The notes beneath the pieces are model-generated. The model was not told where the DNA came from. It did no database searches and was given only the letters and a program-made list of their open reading frames with translations. Shown here piece after piece: positions 61,338-64,000 of a DNA stretch of 64,000 bases; the first letter of the stretch is position 1; every line of letters begins with the position of its first letter. A program made the translations under genes and the position numbers. Source of the DNA: an uncultured Myxococcales bacterium (GTDB lineage Bacteria > Myxococcota_A > UBA9042 > DTJE01); NCBI GenBank assembly GCA_903847405.1, contig CAINDP010000091.1, positions 789 to 64,788 on the forward strand, read 5' to 3'.

Positions 61338-62978
61338 TCAGGGCACCGGTTCGACCACAACCTCGGCGAAATCGGCATGTCCCGCGCCGGCCGCCGCGGA
61401 CGCCGCCGCGAACAGCCCGACACGAGCCCCGATCCACCGTCCCATCGACGCGGGAAAGTCTTCCGTGTCGGCCGGTGTGAACGCGACGCCATCGACGCTG
61501 AACCCGAACCGGCACAGGCCGCCCTCCCGGACGGAAACGCGCAGGCGGATCGGCCGGTCCGCGGCGCCCTCGGGCAGGGCGACGGCGGTTTCCCCCTGGG
61601 GCAGGCCCAGCAGGCCGCCACGGCCATCGGCCAGAACCAGCGTGACGACACCGTCGATCCGCTGGAGGCCCAGCCAGGCGTAGTCGTACCCGAAAACGAT
61701 CAGGCCGGCGCTCTCCCCCTCGGCCAGGCCGGTCCCGTCGATGGTCGTCGTGACGGAAAACACCTCGGCGGGGAACTTCTGCAGCAGCAGGGACGGCGCG
61801 TCATACAGGTTGCCGGGGTTGGGTTCGGGCTGCGCGAACAGCCGCAGCCGGCCCGGGGCGTCCGCCAGGGAGTACCAGGCGGGTTCGGGGTTGGCCTGCC
61901 ACTGCCACTGGAGTCCCAGGTCGGGCGCGTCGAACGCGTCGCTGGTCGGCGGCGTCGCGTCGGGCTGCCCGGGCAGGTCCGGCCGGCGATGCGCCAGGAC
62001 CGGCTGGCCCGTGCCGTCGCCGTCGGGATCCTCGCCGATCACCGGCCAGTCGTCCTTCCAGACCACCGGTTCCAGGTGCACGACGCGCCCGTAGACGCCC
62101 TTGTCCTGGAAGTGCAGGAACCAGAACTCGCCCGACGGGGTGTCCACCAGCGCGCCCTGGTGCGGGCCGTTGACGTCGGTCGCGCCCTGGTCCAGCACGA
62201 TGCGTCCCTCGTAGGGCCCCCGGATGTCCCGCGCCCGGAACACCGACTGCCAGCCGTACGTCACGCCGCCGGCCGGGGCGAAGACGTAGGTCCAGCCGTC
62301 GCGCCGGTAGACCTTCGGCCCCTCCAGCGTGGAGGTGCCGGGCAGCGCGTCGCCGTCGATCAGAACGCCCAGATCCTCCGCGACGCCTGTGCCGTCGGCG
62401 GTCAACCGGAGCAGCGTCAGCACGTTGTCGATGCCCGAAAAGCTCCTGGCCCAGGCGTGGACCAGGTACACGCTGCCGTCCTCGTCCCAGAAGGGGCAGG
62501 GATCAATCAGGCCCTTTCCGCCCTTCACCAGGATGGGCGCGCTCCAGGGCCCCCGGGGATCCGTCGCCGTGATGACGTACAGGCCGGTGTCCGGGTCGGG
62601 GTAGTAGATCCAGAACCGGTCGGCGTGATGACGGATGGAGGGCGCCCAGACGCCCTTGCCGTGCTGGGGTGTCCGGTGGGCGTCCTCCGGGACCAGCCGG
62701 GGCAATGCGTGGGCGACCAGGCTCCAGTTCACGAGGTCCCGGGAATGGAGGATGGGCAGGCCGGGCACCTGGCTGAAACTGGACGAGGTCATCCAGAAGT
62801 CGTCGCCCACCCGCACCGCGTCCGGGTCCGAGTAGTCGGCGTGCAGGATCGGGTTGACGTAGGTGCCGTCGCCCGGGTCGGGGACCGTACCGGCGCAGCC
62901 CAGCGCGGCGCCCAGGACCACGAAGAACGCGATCAGGCACGCGGCGGTCCACCGGGCGGCACGGGGCGCGTCGCTCAT
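61338..62978 (-). CDS. glycoside hydrolase family 43 (beta-xylosidase/arabinofuranosidase-like) lipoprotein with C-terminal beta-sandwich domain
   Basis: ATG at 62978. Signal CLIAFFVVLGAALGC. NPILHADYSDPDAVRVGDDFWMTSSSF, KGVWAPSI, GLIDPCPFWDEDG, TLEGPKVY. Confidence 0.85.
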   Translation of the reverse strand: MSDAPRAARWTAACLIAFFVVLGAALGCAGTVPDPGDGTYVNPILHADYSDPDAVRVGDDFWMTSSSFSQVPGLPILHSRDLVNWSLVAHALPRLVPEDAHRTPQHGKGVWAPSIRHHADRFWIYYPDPDTGLYVITATDPRGPWSAPILVKGGKGLIDPCPFWDEDGSVYLVHAWARSFSGIDNVLTLLRLTADGTGVAEDLGVLIDGDALPGTSTLEGPKVYRRDGWTYVFAPAGGVTYGWQSVFRARDIRGPYEGRIVLDQGATDVNGPHQGALVDTPSGEFWFLHFQDKGVYGRVVHLEPVVWKDDWPVIGEDPDGDGTGQPVLAHRRPDLPGQPDATPPTSDAFDAPDLGLQWQWQANPEPAWYSLADAPGRLRLFAQPEPNPGNLYDAPSLLLQKFPAEVFSVTTTIDGTGLAEGESAGLIVFGYDYAWLGLQRIDGVVTLVLADGRGGLLGLPQGETAVALPEGAADRPIRLRVSVREGGLCRFGFSVDGVAFTPADTEDFPASMGRWIGARVGLFAAASAAAGAGHADFAEVVVEPVP

Positions 62979-63042
62979 CCGATCGGCTCCCTGGGGCGAG
63001 GGTTCGATGGTACCCTTCTTCCGGGCCGCCCGGGGAGTTCCG

Positions 63043-64000
63043 ATGAACGTGCGTTGCGCCGGTGCGGGAGCGAAGAAAGTGTTTCTGGCGCTGGTGGTCG
63101 CGATCGCGGCGGCGGGCTGCGGCGCGGGTGCTTCCGGATCGCCGGACCTGCCGCCCGACGCGCCGGATGCCGTGGGGGACGCACCGTCCGACGTGGCCGA
63201 TCCCGGGCTTGCGGACGAGGATCTGGCGGCCGGCGACACCGACGACACGGCGGACCTCGCACTGCCCGACCTCCCCACCGACCTGGCGGCCGACGTTTCC
63301 GGCGACCTCGGCCCTCTTCCGGACTGGCCCCAGCGGCCGGCCCTCGTTACCCGACCCGATCGCAAGGCCGCGATCCTTGCCCACGCGGCCACCCCGCCCT
63401 GGGATGCCATCGTGGCGCGCGTCCGGGCGACCGCCGCAGGCACGTGCGCCCAGGACACGAACCCGAAGTGGAACGTCGGCGTCCACCAGTCCAACGGCGC
63501 GATCGCGCAGGCCAACGCCGTGCTGGCGTGGCTGTTCGACGAGGAGGCCGCTGCGGACAAGGCGCGGAGATGCTTCACCTTCATCCGGACCGACTGGGAA
63601 ACCAGCACGGGCGAAAACCACACCATGGCCGGCTTCCAGATCCCCTTCGCCATCGCCTGGGACCTGATGGCGGGCACCTCCCGCTTCCCGGCGGACGAGT
63701 CCGCCGAGGCCCGGACCCGGCTGGTGACCGTCAATGAGAAGTTCTTCGACACGACCGTGCTGGACGACTTCAACCGGTGGACGATGCTGACCGTCACGCA
63801 CAACAACATCCTGATCCGATCGACCGCAGCCATGGCCTACACCGCGCTGGCCTTCCCCGACGCGCCCCGCAGCCGCGAGATCCTGGACTTCGCGGCCGGC
63901 GAACTGGCCTACGTGTGGGGCCCGGACGGCCGCTACATCGGGGAGGACGGCGTCGTCAGCGAGGAACCGTTCTACTTCGGCTACGGCTTCCCGCCGGCCC
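63043..64000 (+). CDS. lipoprotein with acidic D/P-rich linker, 3'-truncated by the window edge; function unknown (possibly a polysaccharide-active alpha/alpha-toroid enzyme, weak)
   Basis: Not in the ORF track because there is no stop in the window. Hand translation: MNVRCAGAGAKKVFLALVVAIAAAGC-GAGASGSPDLPPDAPDAV...WPQRPALVTRPDRKAAILAHAATPPWDAIV. The frame stays open and GC3-rich to base 64000. Confidence 0.6.
   Translation, partial: MNVRCAGAGAKKVFLALVVAIAAAGCGAGASGSPDLPPDAPDAVGDAPSDVADPGLADEDLAAGDTDDTADLALPDLPTDLAADVSGDLGPLPDWPQRPALVTRPDRKAAILAHAATPPWDAIVARVRATAAGTCAQDTNPKWNVGVHQSNGAIAQANAVLAWLFDEEAAADKARRCFTFIRTDWETSTGENHTMAGFQIPFAIAWDLMAGTSRFPADESAEARTRLVTVNEKFFDTTVLDDFNRWTMLTVTHNNILIRSTAAMAYTALAFPDAPRSREILDFAAGELAYVWGPDGRYIGEDGVVSEEPFYFGYGFPPA

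Overview
Very GC-rich bacterial chromosomal window; GC content was not computed, but third codon positions are almost all G/C. Nearly every exported protein has a lipoprotein signal (Cys followed by G/S-rich sequence), which suggests a diderm. Myxococcus-type Cys-rich repeats, PEGA and HYDIN-like Ig repeats are present, but the phylum cannot be assigned from sequence alone. The core is a 16-kb minus-strand str/S10/spc/alpha ribosomal super-operon, running from rpsL at 35962 down to rplQ at 19852, followed by tRNA-Gln and tRNA-Glu. This operon lacks tuf, rplC, rpmD, adk and map. The left flank carries an NHL/Cys-repeat lipoprotein, comEA, a TatD-radical-SAM fusion, PSP1/RicT, a PEGA protein, a giant S41 protease, a large Ig-domain lipoprotein, coaX-birA-nadC, an L,D-transpeptidase and mtnA. 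The right flank carries an endonuclease I lipoprotein, an orphan PduS-like (frameshifted) plus PduT-like microcompartment pair, a 1093-aa Ig-repeat/vWA lipoprotein, comEC, a MOT1-like transporter and GH2. It continues with an H-NOX / hybrid kinase / REC-GGDEF operon and an arsR-acr3-arsM-arsC operon extended by a CxxC protein and a CcdA-like protein. Converging on that is an ArsR-family-led six-gene operon (GcvH-like, two DGC-domain proteins, OsmC-family, small thioredoxin-fold protein), which I consider the best candidate for an undescribed system. GH43 and a partial lipoprotein close the window. Non-coding signals include a 23-nt hairpin repeat family and ACG-phased hexanucleotide tandem arrays in intergenic gaps. 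No CRISPR array, transposase, integrase or rRNA was seen. All homology calls come from reading motifs by eye; no searches were run.
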